Assembly: GCA_964035545.1 (NCBI GenBank)
Contig: OZ037772.1
Coordinates: 8,363,150-8,427,149 of the forward strand
Direction of reading: 5' to 3'
Source: Bugula neritina
Taxonomy: Eukaryota; Animalia; Bryozoa
Length of the DNA: 64,000 nucleotides
In this document: in pieces, positions 1-14,851 of the stretch
How the letters are laid out: every line of letters starts with the position of its first letter
How positions within the stretch are numbered: position 1 is the first letter of the stretch
Notes under the pieces: generated by a model
Told to the model about the DNA's origin: nothing
What the model saw: the letters and a program-made list of their open reading frames with translations, nothing else
Databases searched by the model: none
Program-made: the position numbers and the translations under genes

Positions 1-63
1 GCTAGCTCTAACTGCCTCAATAAGATTAGCACTAGTAAAGGAACAGCACTGTTTATGACATAC

Positions 64-3000
64 GCACCCAGCCCTCTGAATACTGAAGTACTGCCGATGC
101 CCAAAAGCTAAATCAGACACTTTGTGTAGGTGGCTAAAATACTTCACGTTAAAACCAAAGAAATTGTTTAAAGTATTATTTCAGCCCTCAAAATGGTAGC
201 TTCCAATTAAATTAAATCATCAACATGATAGTTATGATACTTTAATGATATACCTTGAGCCTATTTATAATCCCACTTTTACTCAAGAGTGATAAGAATA
301 TTGGTGTCAAAATGTTATCAGTTTCAGCATACAATATTGTGCCCTCAAAATGGCCGCTTCAAATTTACTTTTTCATCATTTAACTACGCACCCAAAAACA
401 TTTACATTATCAGTACAATTGTTGATATTCAAAATGATAGGAAGTTTACATCGGAATTGAAAACTTTCCTAAGAGGTACCGTATCATGCTTCATAATATA
501 ATTTCTCTAGTGTTTATACTGCACTGTGCTTTTGAGATAAATTATTTTAATTTAGTAAAACATTCTCCCACAAACATAGGAACTGAAATTAACTAACCTT
601 GATGTTAGACTCAGCGCCAGTTTGACTAGAAACATGAGATGGACTCTGATTGGCCGAGCTCTCTGCAGCAGACGTCTTGTTGTCTTTATCATTATTAGCA
701 ACAGCTTCAGCCTGAGGTTTTACATTCCCTGCAACCAAACCACAGGAAGTGGAGCACATGCTACCTTTTACAACATCTACTACAGTCAAACGGCAAAGCG
801 ATTGAAGTCACATGTTGCTAAGAACGCAGCAAATGCTGGTTTAGAACTAAATTGGATAGGAAATGCTGCACTAAAGGGTTACCACACAACACAAATACTG
901 GCTTTTCATACAGCAAATCTAAGAATTTCAACATCTACAGTGGCTTTAAATCCTACTATGATTTACTGCACATAATTTTCTCTACAAAGAGATTACAACC
1001 TTAGAAATGGCTGAAACACCAACCGACCTGTAGAAACCTCAGCTTCTGCCCCAGAACTGGTCTGCGGGCTATCAGAATCGGGCGCCTTAGCTCTCACAGC
1101 ATCAGCAGCAGCCTGGGCACCGTCTGGCAACAGTTCATACGACTCGGGTAAACAATATGATGGAACTGAGGCTAGGTCGTCATAGCAACGATAGCAAACA
1201 TCCAGCTGAGGAGGGAAAGTGAAGCCTGTAAAAGAAACAATCAAAAGGAGGCCAAGAAAAGCAGACGTCATAATGTTCTATCCACAAGATTGAAATATAT
1301 TGGAAGGGCCGGTTTGTTAAATAAATGAAAAGTACCAATAGGGAAAAAATCTAACAGGTAAATCGTCTACCTGTATCTTTTTCTTCAGGTAGAACAGTGG
1401 TTGGGGAGGCAGTGCTAGTTGTCAGCACCTCTGCAGTGGTGTTGGCAGCAGGAGCGGATGTAGTCGCTTGAGGTGGGGGGTTGTGAGGTTCCTCATCTCC
1501 GTCATCGTCATCCACGCTGTACCCGTGAATCCGTATGATGGTAATGGGGCAGTAGTGCTCTGTGCCGTGGTAACTGCTTATTTCCAGCTATCAAGGGAAA
1601 GACAACTTCAGTTTAAAACCACAGGTCCGATAGAAATCCTGAGTGTAAGGGTTGTTACGAGAGCCAGCCTTACAGATGGCAACTCAAAGCAAACTGAACA
1701 GTTTTTAGGATAGAAAAGCTATGAAGTCGAAATGTTCTTTCCTGACATCATCGATAACCGACACCGAAAAAAGAAAATGAAAAATCTCAAGTATAGATTT
1801 CCATATTCTAGGCAACGGTTGGAGCCAATGAAATTCGTATTTGATGTCTGGGATAGGAAAGAAACGTCAATAAAAGTTATTTAATGCTGTAGACTGGTTA
1901 CCTAAATAAATTATAACATAAATATAGATGAATATTTTTCACTTTTTATACTAATAAGATAAACTAAAAAAATAATTAAATACGTTTTACATAAAATGAT
2001 GTAAAAAAGGGAACGTACATTCCCATGTGTGAAATTTAATGCAGGAAAACATAAAATTTAATAAAAAAAGGCTAAACAACCGGTGCATGAAACCCCACTC
2101 TGAATTCATCTCAACACTAGAATATGAGTTGATTAGGAAGCTGTGAAATATATATAGATTAGAGAACTAACCTTCACAAAGAGAGTGTATATATTAACAT
2201 AGTCAACATCAAATGACTGCACAGTTCTCTCATCTTTAGCCCAGAAAGAACCAATCACCTGCCAGTCTTCGTCTGCAGAATGTTACAATAAATACTATTG
2301 GTCAGTCATGGTTATAACAAATAAGAAAGCGATAATCACTGCCACAAGAGGAACATAAACTTAGTAATAAACAATTATTACATAACAATAAAATTACAAA
2401 ACTACTGATATAAATTAGAAAAAGCAAAGCACCATTCAGTTTTCAACTGCTGAAATTTTGGGGCACTAATAATGCTACAAATAAATCATCATACAATATA
2501 TGATGTCAATGTGTAAGGTGTCAACACATTATGTAAGGTATCAACACATTATGTAAGGTATCAACACATTATGCAAGGTATCAACACATTATGCAAGGTA
2601 TCAACACATTATGTAAGGTATCAACACATTATGTAAGGTATCAACACATTATGCAAGGTATCAACACATTATGCAAGGTATCAACACATTATGTAAGGTA
2701 TCAACACATTATGTAAGGTATCAATACATTATGTAAGGTGTCAACACATTATGTAAGGTATCAACATATAATGCAAGGTATCAACACATTATGCAAGGTA
2801 TCAACACATTATGCAAGGCATCAACGTATCATTTTACATATATAATATAACACACTACACTCACTGTCCTGATCCTTGTTATTGTGTCGGCTGATAGAGA
2901 GAGTAAAGTTCTGAATGGTGGATGAAAAATACTCCAGATTTCCAATTTCAATTTTCTTGACGGCAATGGCCTCGCACAACTCAATGACTAGAAACTTTTT

Positions 3001-6000
3001 TCTAAAAACAAAGTAAATTTAATAAGCAAGTCTGTCACATCTATCTAGTAGTACTACTACTGCTACTACTGCTACTACTATCACTACTATCGCTACTACT
3101 ACTACCACTACTACTACCACCACTACCACTACTACTAATACTACTACAACTTATTGTAACTCACGCTGCACTGCAGGGCTGAACAAGATAGTCATCAATA
3201 TCTTCATTCAACACGGCCTGTGCATTGGAAACTTCACTGTTAGTACTTTTGACCTTGGCATTGCACTTCACTGAAGCGTAGTTCCTCAGGCTACCAGATC
3301 GCGAGATTGAGGATGGTTTGGCACGATCAGATGACGCCCCGTCGTAAGCTTTGGGTGTCCCTCCTGCACACATATTCCACCAGTTACTTGATATCTCAAA
3401 CCCCAAACATCTCACCAAAACAGATTACATCAGTGAAGCAAAGTTAAAAGCTGGGATCCAGCATTGCAATGTCAACCAGACAAATTTACTTATGACATCG
3501 CGTCACCATGACGGCCCAATAGTCCTCCAATAATTCTCATTTCTCAATTCTCAGCTTTATTTTAAAACCGTTCGCTGTCTCGATAATTATAATTACTTAA
3601 GTATTCCAAACTGATTGACGAATATGCACATGATTTTGGTATTTTATAATATTATCATGATTTACTATTTAACAATAATATACTTTGGCAATATGAGATG
3701 AAGACATGGTAAACAATGTAAATCAATATAATGTCAGAAATTACATGCATGTGTTGGCTTGAAAATAGAGGTAAACTCAATTGTTGGCTTTAGAAATATG
3801 CAAATTTTAACTGGTATAAAATTTAAATAAAAATTGGAAATATTTCAAAATTAAAACATGCTATACATCGGCATAGTGCTCATACCGTTTGTTTTTATAT
3901 GATTTTCATGCTCTTTTCTCCAATCAGCAAAGGCAGGCATGTCATGCTCTGATAGGTCAACACCAACTGCAATAGCCAATGAGAAACATTGTGAGAATAT
4001 AAAACCTTGCTTTGATAACGCAATACCAACTGTCATAGGGAATCATACACAAAACAATTAGCATAAATATTCTATTATAAAAGAACACCTAATAACATTT
4101 GTATAATCAATCAATCAATCAATACATTTTATTCAAACAACTGAACAGTTTCACAAGCTTAATATAATAATTCAGTTTGTAGTTCAGTTTCCACAAAATA
4201 ATACCAGAGTAATAATGAAAATGCGAATAAAACTTCCATGCATGTTAACAGTTGAGTTTTTTTAAAAAGGAGATCGAAAACTATCAAGAACAAAAAGAAA
4301 GACAGAAATATAACTTGAAATATACACTGTTAGCAGGTGTTAATCATTATTTAGTCATCGTACTGTGTGATAGTGGATAGAAACAGACATGTACGAATAT
4401 AATACTGTCTACCTTCCAACCACACAAAATCTATATATACGAGAAATAAACACAATGCAAATAGTATCTAATGGATCACGTGAATTATACATGAGTTTGA
4501 TATCAAAGATTACGCAATGCAATAGTAATATATGCATGTATACATGTATATATTATATTCGCAAAAAATTGCCGGTGCCATTTCATAGTTGCAGAGACTT
4601 GAAATGTGATAAATAATTATATCTCCATTGTATTCTACAAATCAGACTAGTAACCAGAAAAACTACCCAACAGGTTCTTATATGACATAATTCCAGTATG
4701 AGTTTTAGCTAAAGTGAGCCCTAGTTTCATACCGGGAGGAGTCTCAGTGGAGGGGGAGGGGGTAGACGTTGCACCGATAAGAGTGGAATCAGTTTGGGAC
4801 GGATCCGCAGGAGGCTCACCGATAGAACCAGCTGTAGCAGTCTCTGAAGGAGGAACATCCTCTGGAGGCATGTCTGTGTAGAGACAAAGACTGAGATCTA
4901 GTAAAACTCAGTTTGGAGAATAAAACTGCATTGTTAGAGTTATTTCCCAAAGGCTAAACTTGGGCAATACAAACAGATGTAGGTGCAGTAGTGGAGGTAT
5001 AAAGAAAAGCCTGTGTTCTAAATGTAGCATAAGTAGTTACCATGTATCGAGAATCTCAATCCATGCCCCAAACCAAAATTTAAGAAAGCTAAAGAACTTA
5101 GGTGGCTCTATCACTGCATCTAAATGTACAAACTATGAATTCAGGAGCAAATGTACAGGCAAAAAATGCCAGGGTATCAATAAAAGTTAGAATTATTCAA
5201 TACAGTTTTATCACCAAAATAAGAATGGCACTTGCAAAAAAGAACATATCTGGTGACAAACATAAAAGAAGTATTATCAGCTAACTTCATACATTCAAAG
5301 ATGATGTATATATCTAACCCACTTGGCAATTCTAAAATGGTTCGTTTTTTATACAGTTTGCAAAAAATGGAACAATTTGAATCACTCTAAATTATTGAAT
5401 ATTTAATTATTTAAATCTACATTGTAAATCAATATTTAAATTATTCTACAGTATATTTCATGTAAACAAAATAGGAATGAAAGGGAGGCACCTGTAAAAC
5501 ATCTACTTTTCATTTTTGAACCAAGCAATATCTACAACTTCACGTTTATTCAGAAACAACAATATCAACTACAGTGGTCACGTCAGGAAGTAATAAAGCT
5601 GGACGTCTGCAAACACAGAGACTAGGTGAAAACGTACCAGGTGTGTCTTTGGACTCTGGAGTAGCATTTATAGACTTAGTACCATCTGCCCCAGTAGTAC
5701 TATTTTCCGTAGGGTTGAGATCACCCGTTTCACCTAAAACAGCTGAGGGAGTAAAGAAACTTTGCCACACAGCAGATATATTTGAGGTAACATTCCAAAT
5801 ACATTTATAGCACCACACATATAGTTACTAACCAGTAACCACTTCATACATATTATTTGTCAAAGTAAATAAGGCCAGCATATTCAAGCATATGTTCAAA
5901 TAGTCTAGAAGTAACCTCCAAAAAAGTGCTCAAAAAAGTGGCTTATTACACTTTACTAGGTGGCCACTCAAAAAAAGTTGTTTCTAGATCAGAATTTTGT

Positions 6001-9000
6001 GCTGATTCTGAATCTACAAACTCTAGAATTCTATCTCTACCCAAACTCAAGTTATTGCAAAAACCAAATCGACATCTTGAATGGGTGATGAAAAGAAATG
6101 TGGATTGTGCAAAATAGTATCCAATTTTAACAAGCTATCTTGAAGAAAAAATATTTGCTTAAATACCAAAAATAATTGCCTCTTACTTAGAATTCTATGT
6201 TGATACTGAATTTAAAGACTGCAAGACGCTATCTCAAATTAAAACCAAGTTGTTTATATAAACGTATATGTTTGTTATGAAATCGCCATATTGCATGCAG
6301 AATAATTGTATGACCAAGCTATTTATACAAAAATAAAAACAAAGTCATGCTGATGTGTGAAAAAACTATATTTATAAAATTATAGCACAAAATAAATCTT
6401 GAAATGAATAAATATTGAAATCTTTTGAGCACAGCCCAAGTGAATCATTTGCTAGTCTGTCAGTAGCCGTTAGACATCTGCAAAAATCAACAAGATTCTG
6501 TAAAACTATTTAGAGAATCAGAAGCATGAGAGATGATCAAAATCAAATTGGTTGGAGCAAAATATATAACAAATGTCTAAAAATAGTGCTTTATTATGAA
6601 AAAGTATTCTCGCCATCATTGTCACTGCCGTCAGTTTCATCAGCTTCTTTTTCCCCAATATAGCCCTTCTTTTCAGACAATCCTTACATTGACAAACATC
6701 AGTGCATGCACTGCATTTGAGACTTCTGACATCCACATCTTCATATGTTGCAGCTGGTCTTACAGGAGCAGTTTAAATTTTGCAATATACATGTTCAGGT
6801 GCGGAAGCTTGAATCATCCACTTAATATTTATGCTGCCATGATTCTCAACAGTGCTTTCATAATGTTCTGGGGGTGGTGCATCAATATATAGGCTGTTGT
6901 CACCTTTCTCCAAATGGCGGCCTGATAATCTGCTTTTTTTACGAAAAAATTTAATTCATCTTTTGTTGGAGGCAAACTGTATTGAGTTATTTTAGACGGT
7001 GAACAAAATACAGCGTATCAGACATCATCTATATTTGAATTTCCTGCTCCATAAAGTTTATAGACAAATTGTTCTACTTCAGCCACTGTAATGGCTGACA
7101 GCTTGAAATACTTCCCGAGGTGTTCAAAGTTTCCCATACATTCGGGATATTTTCCCAAAAGAGAGTAGGCTGTGCGCTATCCTTTTCCATAAAATGCACT
7201 ATAGTCGAATCACAACATGTTAAAGCATGAAATCTAGTAAGTGCTGCACACAACTGCAGTCCGGATTTATTTGCTGCAATGTTAATTAATATTCAAATAC
7301 CTAATATGATTATGGTTTCCTCCCAGATAGACGCTATTTTTATTTTGTTACCATATATATTGATATTACCTATATAACTGTTGCTAAATAGCTAATATGC
7401 TAATAGCTATAGTAGCCAACATGAATTATCTAGAATAATATTCTATTATTTTTAGGAATTTGTGTGGGACAAAAAGTAGTAATACGTTAATAATAGACAC
7501 TATCTTTAAGTGATACTTTTTAACAAAATATCTTTTTAAACAACAAGCAAGATGTATAAAATATACATAGTTAATAAGTTAATGCGGATTAAAGGAATTT
7601 ATTTATGTTCTAAATAACAAGCAATTGATCCAAGTTTATTTAATTATACATATATTTCAATAATATTAAAATAAGTTGCACATGAAAATACATTTTACCA
7701 AAATAAATAACTAGCGTCTAAGTAGAAAATTTAGCCTAGCCTCTATTTGGCATGACACCATGATTACTACACCCATGAAAAGATATAATTGGTAAGAAGG
7801 TAATGTTTTGCAAATAGCGAGACATCAGTGTCTTGAGATTTGATTATTACACGTGGGCTTATGATGTTCATAAGATATTTTGCATGTAACAAAGTTTGTG
7901 TATCTGCTTCCTCATGATTTAATTGTAAGCATTTGAGTTCTGCTTTCTTAAAAATTCCACCATGTTCAAAAAATTCTAGCTGAATGCAATTTTTTTTGGT
8001 ATGCAACAACTATAATAATAATAATAATATTGTTCTCTAAAATATGTTTACTCCATGTTTCACACAAAAATGCACCAGTCTCAAACTCAGCTTGTTTTAT
8101 TTGCTGATAAGAAATTATTATTTTTGTGACAAATGGCACACATGAAAAAAGTACATGCCTATGATCTTTGAATAAAGCAGCTCAAGGTCATTTTTCTAAT
8201 GGGTGGCCTAAATATAATCACATATATTTTAAATTATAGGGAAGCTTTAGGGTATTTCTTCTGTAACTATAAGTGAGCTAAATTGACTCTAGAGTCATTA
8301 TATCAAGATAGTATAAAAATATGCATTTTAACCAATAGCATTGTTTTAAAAACCAAATTGCTTATTTATATATAGTTCAGCTTAAATTTATTGGCAAAGC
8401 TCAATCATACACATTTAAAATATAATTTTCCGGAGTCCAGACCAACCTACCCATGCTTCTCATTACTTTTTTGTAAAAATAGTTATTATAATAAAAATCG
8501 TGAAGAAAATCATTATCAGACACATATTTACTTATAATTCGGCTTTTTTATATCTCATCAATAATAATGTTTGCCTTATAACTAGAAAACCCATTCCTTT
8601 GCTTGTTTTCGTCCATATAGTCCACTTTTTTCAGATGTTTTCACAAGGAAATCACTAGAATTAAACTCCGAGAAGTGAAAAATACATCTATGATTATCTG
8701 CAAAAGTTTTTGCTTGTATATATAATAAACTAGCTTCAATAATTCCAAGATAATATTTAATAAATTTGGACAAAGTTGTGGGGAAACAACTCCTGTAAAA
8801 TTTTAAAGAGCTTTTGTGACTAACTGGGTACACAGAAAAAATTAGAGTTTTTATAACAGAAAAGTGAAAGAGTATCTATAATTATCAGCAAAATTATTTT
8901 GCTTATATAAAATAAATTAGCTTGAATAATACCAAGATATTTAGCCGATTCACAAAACCGTTAAGAGAAGACAACTCCTGATTTGATTTAAAAGTTTGAA

Positions 9001-12000
9001 GCGCTTTTGTGGCTAACTGGGTGCACAGAACAGTCTAGAGTTTTCACAGATTAATTAGAACCCTTCAAACTCTCCATTTCTAAAAAAATTGTGTGGCCAC
9101 CCCTCGGAGTGTAATGAGTGAAAGATAATTGGAGGTTACTTCTAGACTAAAAAGCATTATGTAATACTGAAAGAGTAAATCTTGAATTATAACTTTGTCC
9201 ATTATCATAGGCCAAATAAAATTACATAATATGAATATAAAGACTAATCAAGCCATGATTTTACAAAGTCCTTATAGTGTCAACATAGATTGGCTTATTT
9301 GTTTTGTAGTTGGAAGATGCAAAATAAAATCTGAGTTAACTACTACCATAAGGTTTAGGGATGTCCAGCATTTTCAGACTGAGGGCGCTGAAAGGAAATA
9401 TTTCATGGCAAGGCCGCATTGAAAGCTTTAGCTTACCCTGGGGGGCACAGCATGGGTATTGCTCAAATTACTTTATTCCAATTTTTTATGAATCGTTACA
9501 CAATAAATACTACATGCTGTATGTTTTGTAGCATGTGTATAAATAAGACATTTAAAATGTGATTTTTCACTCTAATTCCTGTATAGGTAACTAAAATAGT
9601 TGTAGTTTTATGTTTTTGAGGGTCACATAAATGTAGGTTGAGGGGGGGAGGCACATCTGGCCCTGGGGCCCTCTGTTGGGCAGCTCTGGTTTAGGTGATC
9701 AAATCACTCTGAAATACACACTGAACCGAAATATATATTCAGTTCTAGCCCATATCACTTAGACATTGTACCTATGATAAACTGATATGAATCTATAGGA
9801 AATAAAAATATGTGATGCAATCTTTACTTGGGGTCCAAAACCGATATGAGCCGAGAATACCCTAAAAATTCAGATTAAGAAACTGTATAAACTTTGTGTT
9901 TCACTGAATCAACGTCTGATCACACCTGCAATGTTCCTCTCTTCCTTCTTTATAGCCCCGCCTTCAACCTCCGCGGCCGTGATAGGCTGAGTACCACTTG
10001 CATCTTTATTTGATTGGTCAACTTCTCCTAAAAGAATACAGTATAGAGATGTTACACACTATAACCTTTATGAGAACCCAAAATAATACTGTCAAGACTC
10101 AAGACTCATCTCTGAATAATCTGCCAACATGGCTGAGAAAGAAGTGCAGAGCGCTGCCATTAACATTACCCACTGTCAGCCAAATGCTATGTTACTACCT
10201 ATTCCTGTCACAGATGCTTCTCAATTTTATAAATTTTACAAACCCCTCAATACTCTGGTACACACACTACACTCTGGTATATACACACACTACACTCTGG
10301 TATATACACACTACACTCTGGTATACACACTACACTCTGGTATATACACACACTACACTCTGGTATATACACACACTACACTCTGGTACACACACTACAC
10401 TCTGGTATATACACACTACATACTCTAAAGCTACTGTATTACTCCTTTACCTTTGACTGATTCTGTGTTGGTCAGTTCAGCTGCTGCTGGTTCACCGGAA
10501 ACCAAACCATCCACTGCGCCTTTCCTGTAAACAAACCCGGATGTTGACGTTGACATAAAAATACCCCTATCATATTTAGGCCACAAAAATCAGACTAAAA
10601 CAGAAAACAGAGGTTACTAACAGAAGAATGGTTCTAAAAGCAGCTCCGGGTTGGGGGTGAAGGACGATTTTAGTTGGGGGGGGCTCAAGTTTGAAGTTAT
10701 GTTCCCAACTTCAAACTAAAATCATCTTTCACCCTAAACTCAGAGCTGCTTATAGAACAATTCACTGCAGAACACACCATTCTGTTGGTTGCTATGGAAA
10801 CCACTACACAACATGGCTACCTGAACAACCAATTTAATTGCTTACTTTTGATCGACTCCTCCATGCTGATTGAGCAACTCTTCAGGATTTTTGAACTCTG
10901 CAACCTGGAAAACAAAGCCAAGGAGAGTTTTCCAACTACCATTTTAACTGGGAGTTATGGTCTCAAGACAGTTGATGACAAACCATCTGGCAGAACTAAC
11001 CAACCTTACACATGGCTGTCAAAGGAGGAGAATAAATACACTGGCCAAAATATTACACGTATATGAATCAAAGTAAAGAACAGCCCTGAGCTAATCAGGC
11101 CCATTTTATCACACACATTCAATTGATTCAGCAAATTAACGGCCACCCAGCACTTTTATACTTTAGAAAGTCAGGTTTCACTGATTCTAGTTAACACAAA
11201 GATTAAAATAATGTTTTGTCGAAATATTCTTCACACAAGTGAAACCCAAGTTTCGAAAGATACAAGAAAGTGCTGAGGGAAGGAGACCTTTAGTAGATTA
11301 TATGGTGCTATGTAGACCACTGGATAACAGAAACTACCAGAAGGGACCTGAAACATGTAACAATGAGCAGCAAACATAAATCAATCAGCCATAAAACAAA
11401 TTGCTTTATATTTCTCTTTGCCTTTCCTGCTTATAAGCTGTGACTCCCACGTGAGAGATGCGAGCATTCTGACAAGCTGCATATAATGGAGTCGTCTGCC
11501 ATTATTTGTAGTTCAACAAGCTTACCACTTGCAATAGGTGTTCAATTTTTCCAATAGAAAGCTTTTATACATTGCAAATCAAATCTGCACTATCAAGCAA
11601 GGCATGGCAAAGGCAAAACTTCAAATAAATCAACAAAACTACGTGAAGCTACAATAAGTAGGCCTAGTTTAGTATCATCTAATGAGACTAGAAGCAGAAG
11701 CTTCTAGAATAATGTTCAGAGCGAGTGTTGATCAGAGGAATAGACTGGGAACTGTGCAGTACATGTAGTGGGATGGGGGAGCATCTGTGAGGACAGACTA
11801 TCTACAGCCAACACATAGTTACCTGGCAACATCCCTGTCAGAGTATACAGAATACAGTAACACTCAGTAAAAGAGAAGCAGATTTAACCTACTACCGAGT
11901 TGTTATTTACATTTCAACAAAACACAAACATTTAGAGTCTAGAAACGGAAGCTGAAGTGTAAATACAGACACCATGTAGCAAAGTTCCACATGACAATCT

Positions 12001-13393
12001 GAGTTTATAAGTGGGTGCTGAACTTTGCCCCTCAACCATGCAGATAACATGACTGAGAGCTTTTACCAAATGTACTTCATGACATTATTAAAAAAACTCG
12101 CGCAAGTTTATAGTCACTATCTCTGTGAGAAACCCCTGATGGAAAGACTTTTTTAAAGCGGCTAAAGACTTATTCAGATGAGGCACAGGAGCAATTATGA
12201 CTGGATGCTTTTCCTAACATCACAAATGGCCTTTTGTTAGGGTTCGAACCCATGACTTGGTGCTTACTAGGCAAACGCTTTAACCCATAGACCATGGCTG
12301 CTCTCTTTATGACATCATTAATGACCTTCAGCTGCTTGTCCAAAACTGCTTCTTTTTATGAGAGTAAATATTTTTTTGAATTTTATTAGAAAAATAATTG
12401 AGAGTAGGTGTCACCTTGTCATTAGCATCTACAGCCCCTTTCGGAGCCTCTGTGTCAGAAACAGAAGGTGGGGTTTGTGATTCATATTCCACCGTTTCTC
12501 CTCCACTAATAATGCAAAGGACGACCACTGCCCTTCCTCCAAACCTAACGACAAGATCAGCAAAATATTACTAAAATTTTCCTAAATTGTCTTGGAGAAA
12601 ATAACATCGATCACATGAAAAAATTAGAAACTGTCAAACTACAAACATAAATAAAACTGAAAATGTTATTCTTTAATTCAACTTCAAAATAGAATTCATA
12701 CAGTCTAAACTTCCTATCAGATTGGGTAAAGTTATTTACAGCAAAATTAGTGATCTGCAATTGAATGATCTTCTAGTCTAATACCTACTGCTTGCTACAA
12801 TATAATTATACATGCTATATCCGCATTCAGCATCATGATTGAATGAGAATGAATTAAACTTGACCATAATTAGCACATAGAAATTACAATTACATATAAA
12901 ATAAGATTTCAGCAAGTTTGAAACTTGTAATAAAATTTCAATTATCATCACAAGCAGTATGAGCACAACTACCTACATAGATTAAGATAGATAGAACTTA
13001 TCCCAGTATGAGGAGTAGTAGAAATACAAATAAAAGAAAAAAAAGGCAAAATTAATGTCAGATCAGCTAATTAATTAATCAAACTCAAATGGTGAAACGC
13101 ATATGTTGTGTGGGTTTTACGTATTCACATTGACAATCATTATCACATTCACTGTATCAGTGAATCACGCACTCACTCTTGCTCTCAGAACTGGAACAAT
13201 AACAATTTGGGTGATCATATTTAGCCCTACTGCTTAGAGATAGTCCAACATTAAGGACACTACTAGTACTATAAAGTAGAAAATGAAAATTTAATTTTAC
13301 TTACAAGCTAGAAGTGGGAGTGAGAATGGTGACCGCAACGAATGCGGTGAATACAAGCCAATTTAGAGCCCAAACAGTCAGTCTTAGTAACAT
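64..13393 (-). CDS. SUCO: SUN domain-containing ossification factor (mid-SUN, SUCO/Slp1 family); 3' end lies beyond the window start
   Basis: Phase-consistent GT-AG exons: 13393-13305 (signal peptide MLLRLTVWALNWLVFTAFVAV), 12544-12415, 10904-10846, 10524-10451, 10027-9926, 5742-5638, 4873-4733, 3966-3886 (DMPAFADWRK, the SUCO 'DIPTFDEWK'-like motif), 3363-3165 (NYASVKCNAKVKSTN..AVLNEDIDDYLVQPCS), 3001-2865 (FLVIELCEAIAVKKIEIGNLEYFSS), 2272-2172 (WQVIGSFWAKDERTVQSF), 1587-1371 (SYHGTEHYCPITIIRIHG), 1225-1028, 728-598, 107-64. These motifs match the mid-SUN domain of SUCO/Slp1. The low-complexity N-terminal exon set is less certain. Confidence 0.9.
2510..2826. repeat. Minisatellite, 20-bp unit ATG(T/C)AAGGTATCAACACATT, ~16 copies
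   Basis: Direct tandem repeat in a SUCO intron. Confidence 0.95.
3050..3150. repeat. Imperfect (CTA/CCA)n trinucleotide microsatellite
   Basis: Direct observation. Confidence 0.9.
5901..9149 (-). mobile_element. Decayed DNA transposon, probably Academ (XPG-nuclease type), in a SUCO intron
   Basis: Perfect 21-bp TIRs TAGTCTAGAAGTAACCTCCAA (5901-5921 / 9129-9149), flanked by AAA on both sides. Minus-strand fragments with stops and frameshifts: HEEADT...SQDTDV (~7830-7920), FHALTCCDST/AFYGKG (~7180-7240), FVYKLYG, LPPTKDE..ADYQAAIWR (~6900-7070) and a Cys-rich end CSACTDVCQCKDC. This XPG-like nuclease plus Cys-finger layout is typical of Academ. Confidence 0.7.
10250..10425. repeat. Minisatellite, ~19-23-bp unit TACACTCTGGTA(TA)n(CA)n
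   Basis: Direct tandem repeat; it generates the spurious ORFs at 9998 and 10129. Confidence 0.9.
10626..10763. mobile_element. ~135-bp hairpin MITE (family A)
   Basis: Inverted ends GAATGGTTCTAAAAGCAGCTC ... GAGCTGCTTATAGAACAATTC with a largely self-complementary interior; related copy at 27111-27243. Confidence 0.65.
12091..12304 (-). mobile_element. tRNA-derived SINE family 1
   Basis: tRNA-like head with A box and GGTTCGAACCC B box, core GATGTTAGGAA.AGCATCCAGTCATAATTGCTCC, oligo-T 3' end, imperfect target-site duplication ATGACATYATTAA. Confidence 0.9.
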
Positions 13394-14851
13394 TGCTTGT
13401 CTTCGGAAGCTTCTGCTTTCACTTTACTATTCATTCTCTCTAACATGACTGGGTTTATATCGAATATCTTGCAAGCTTTGTACACTTGTTATAAACTAAA
13501 GCCAATTAGCTGCATTATTCAATAGTCATTGGCGAGCTTTCAAAGGCGACCAACTCAACTAGAACACATCAGCTTTAGCAAGCGTAAAAGTGGTTAGAAG
13601 ATTAAAATCCGATCAATCGCGTTTTAGTATGCAAAATAATATACTGTCAAAATGTTACTCGCTGTATTAGTATTTTCCTTGCTCTTTTTAATTGGCTAAT
13701 TCACCCGATCCACAGAGTGTGTTCTTTCAAAACGAAGGGTACCACGCTACATTGGAAGACTTCGTAAATTCAAATGGAAATTCCAATTCTTTAATTCTTC
13801 AGTGTCTCAGTTTTGTGAAGAGTAGACAAATCTGGTAAATTGAGCGTTGCAATAACCCAAGCATTTTGTTCTAATTTAGTTTCATATAATACTATACAAT
13901 ATATGTCTGTATTTAAACGTACTAATAAAAAATTATTTATCAATTATCAACTTCAGTTATTAGTCATGTATTTTAAATGCATTTATTGTATTAATAAGCT
14001 GTGTGAGAAGTTTGGTGTTGGGTGCAATTTCAGGTGTCTAAGTATACTATGCTATGAAGTCACAATGACAAACAGGGAACTGTATCAGATTATTTGATGA
14101 ATGAAAACACTGGTAGAAAAAAAACTATTTATTGAAATAAAGATAGATTAATAAATAGCATGAACTGGTTTATACAGCTGATGTAAAATATATATACAAA
14201 TACTATGATACAAACGTTATCAGGAAGTCATAATTTGCTGCACAAAAAGTAGCGGACTATCAACAACAATAAAAAAGAAAATTAAATTTAAAATAATAAA
14301 TATCTGTAGAATGTGATTCAAAATGCTATAATAAATGATAGTAACAAATACAAATAAATAGTAGAGAGAATAAGATATTAGATAAAATGAGAAGAGGGAG
14401 GGTGGTATACCCTCCCTTACATCTCCATACTATCTCCTAGCTCTAGGAACTTCTCATAAGCCTCAGCCTTGCAAGAAGCAGGGTCTAAAGAAAAACGATA
14501 CATGTGGTAGGATCCGTCTACACAGAGCGCCACAACTGTAGACCTGTAAGAGAACTTAGGCTATGAACTAAGAATTACACCAGCAGCAAGGCGAGGCTGA
14601 TTATGATTAATTGGGTGGAGCTAACTCCAAAAATAAAGCGGATAACTAAGAGTTGGACTTAAATATCTCAAGCTAACACAAAGTAGAGTCCTTGACTCCT
14701 GTATATACACACAGAGAAATTGCGCACTATGACATCATTTCTCGAGCACAAGCCGCCAATTTTTCAATTATTTACACTAAAACTGCTCTATGCCTTCATA
14801 ATATATTGAGGTAGCAATTTTAATTAAACCTTATTAACAAATCACATTTAT

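Noticed and set aside
2510-2826. Regular repeats resembling a CRISPR array (also 10250, 17315, 32905, 63150)
   Set aside because: Head-to-tail units with no unique spacers, eukaryotic context, no cas genes
9372-9688. Possible hAT-like MITE remnant with G-rich ends
   Set aside because: No convincing TIR pair or TSD could be defined
9828-9861. Possible 34-nt SUCO micro-exon
   Set aside because: It changes phase from 1 to 2 and I found no compatible downstream exon; the model is consistent without it
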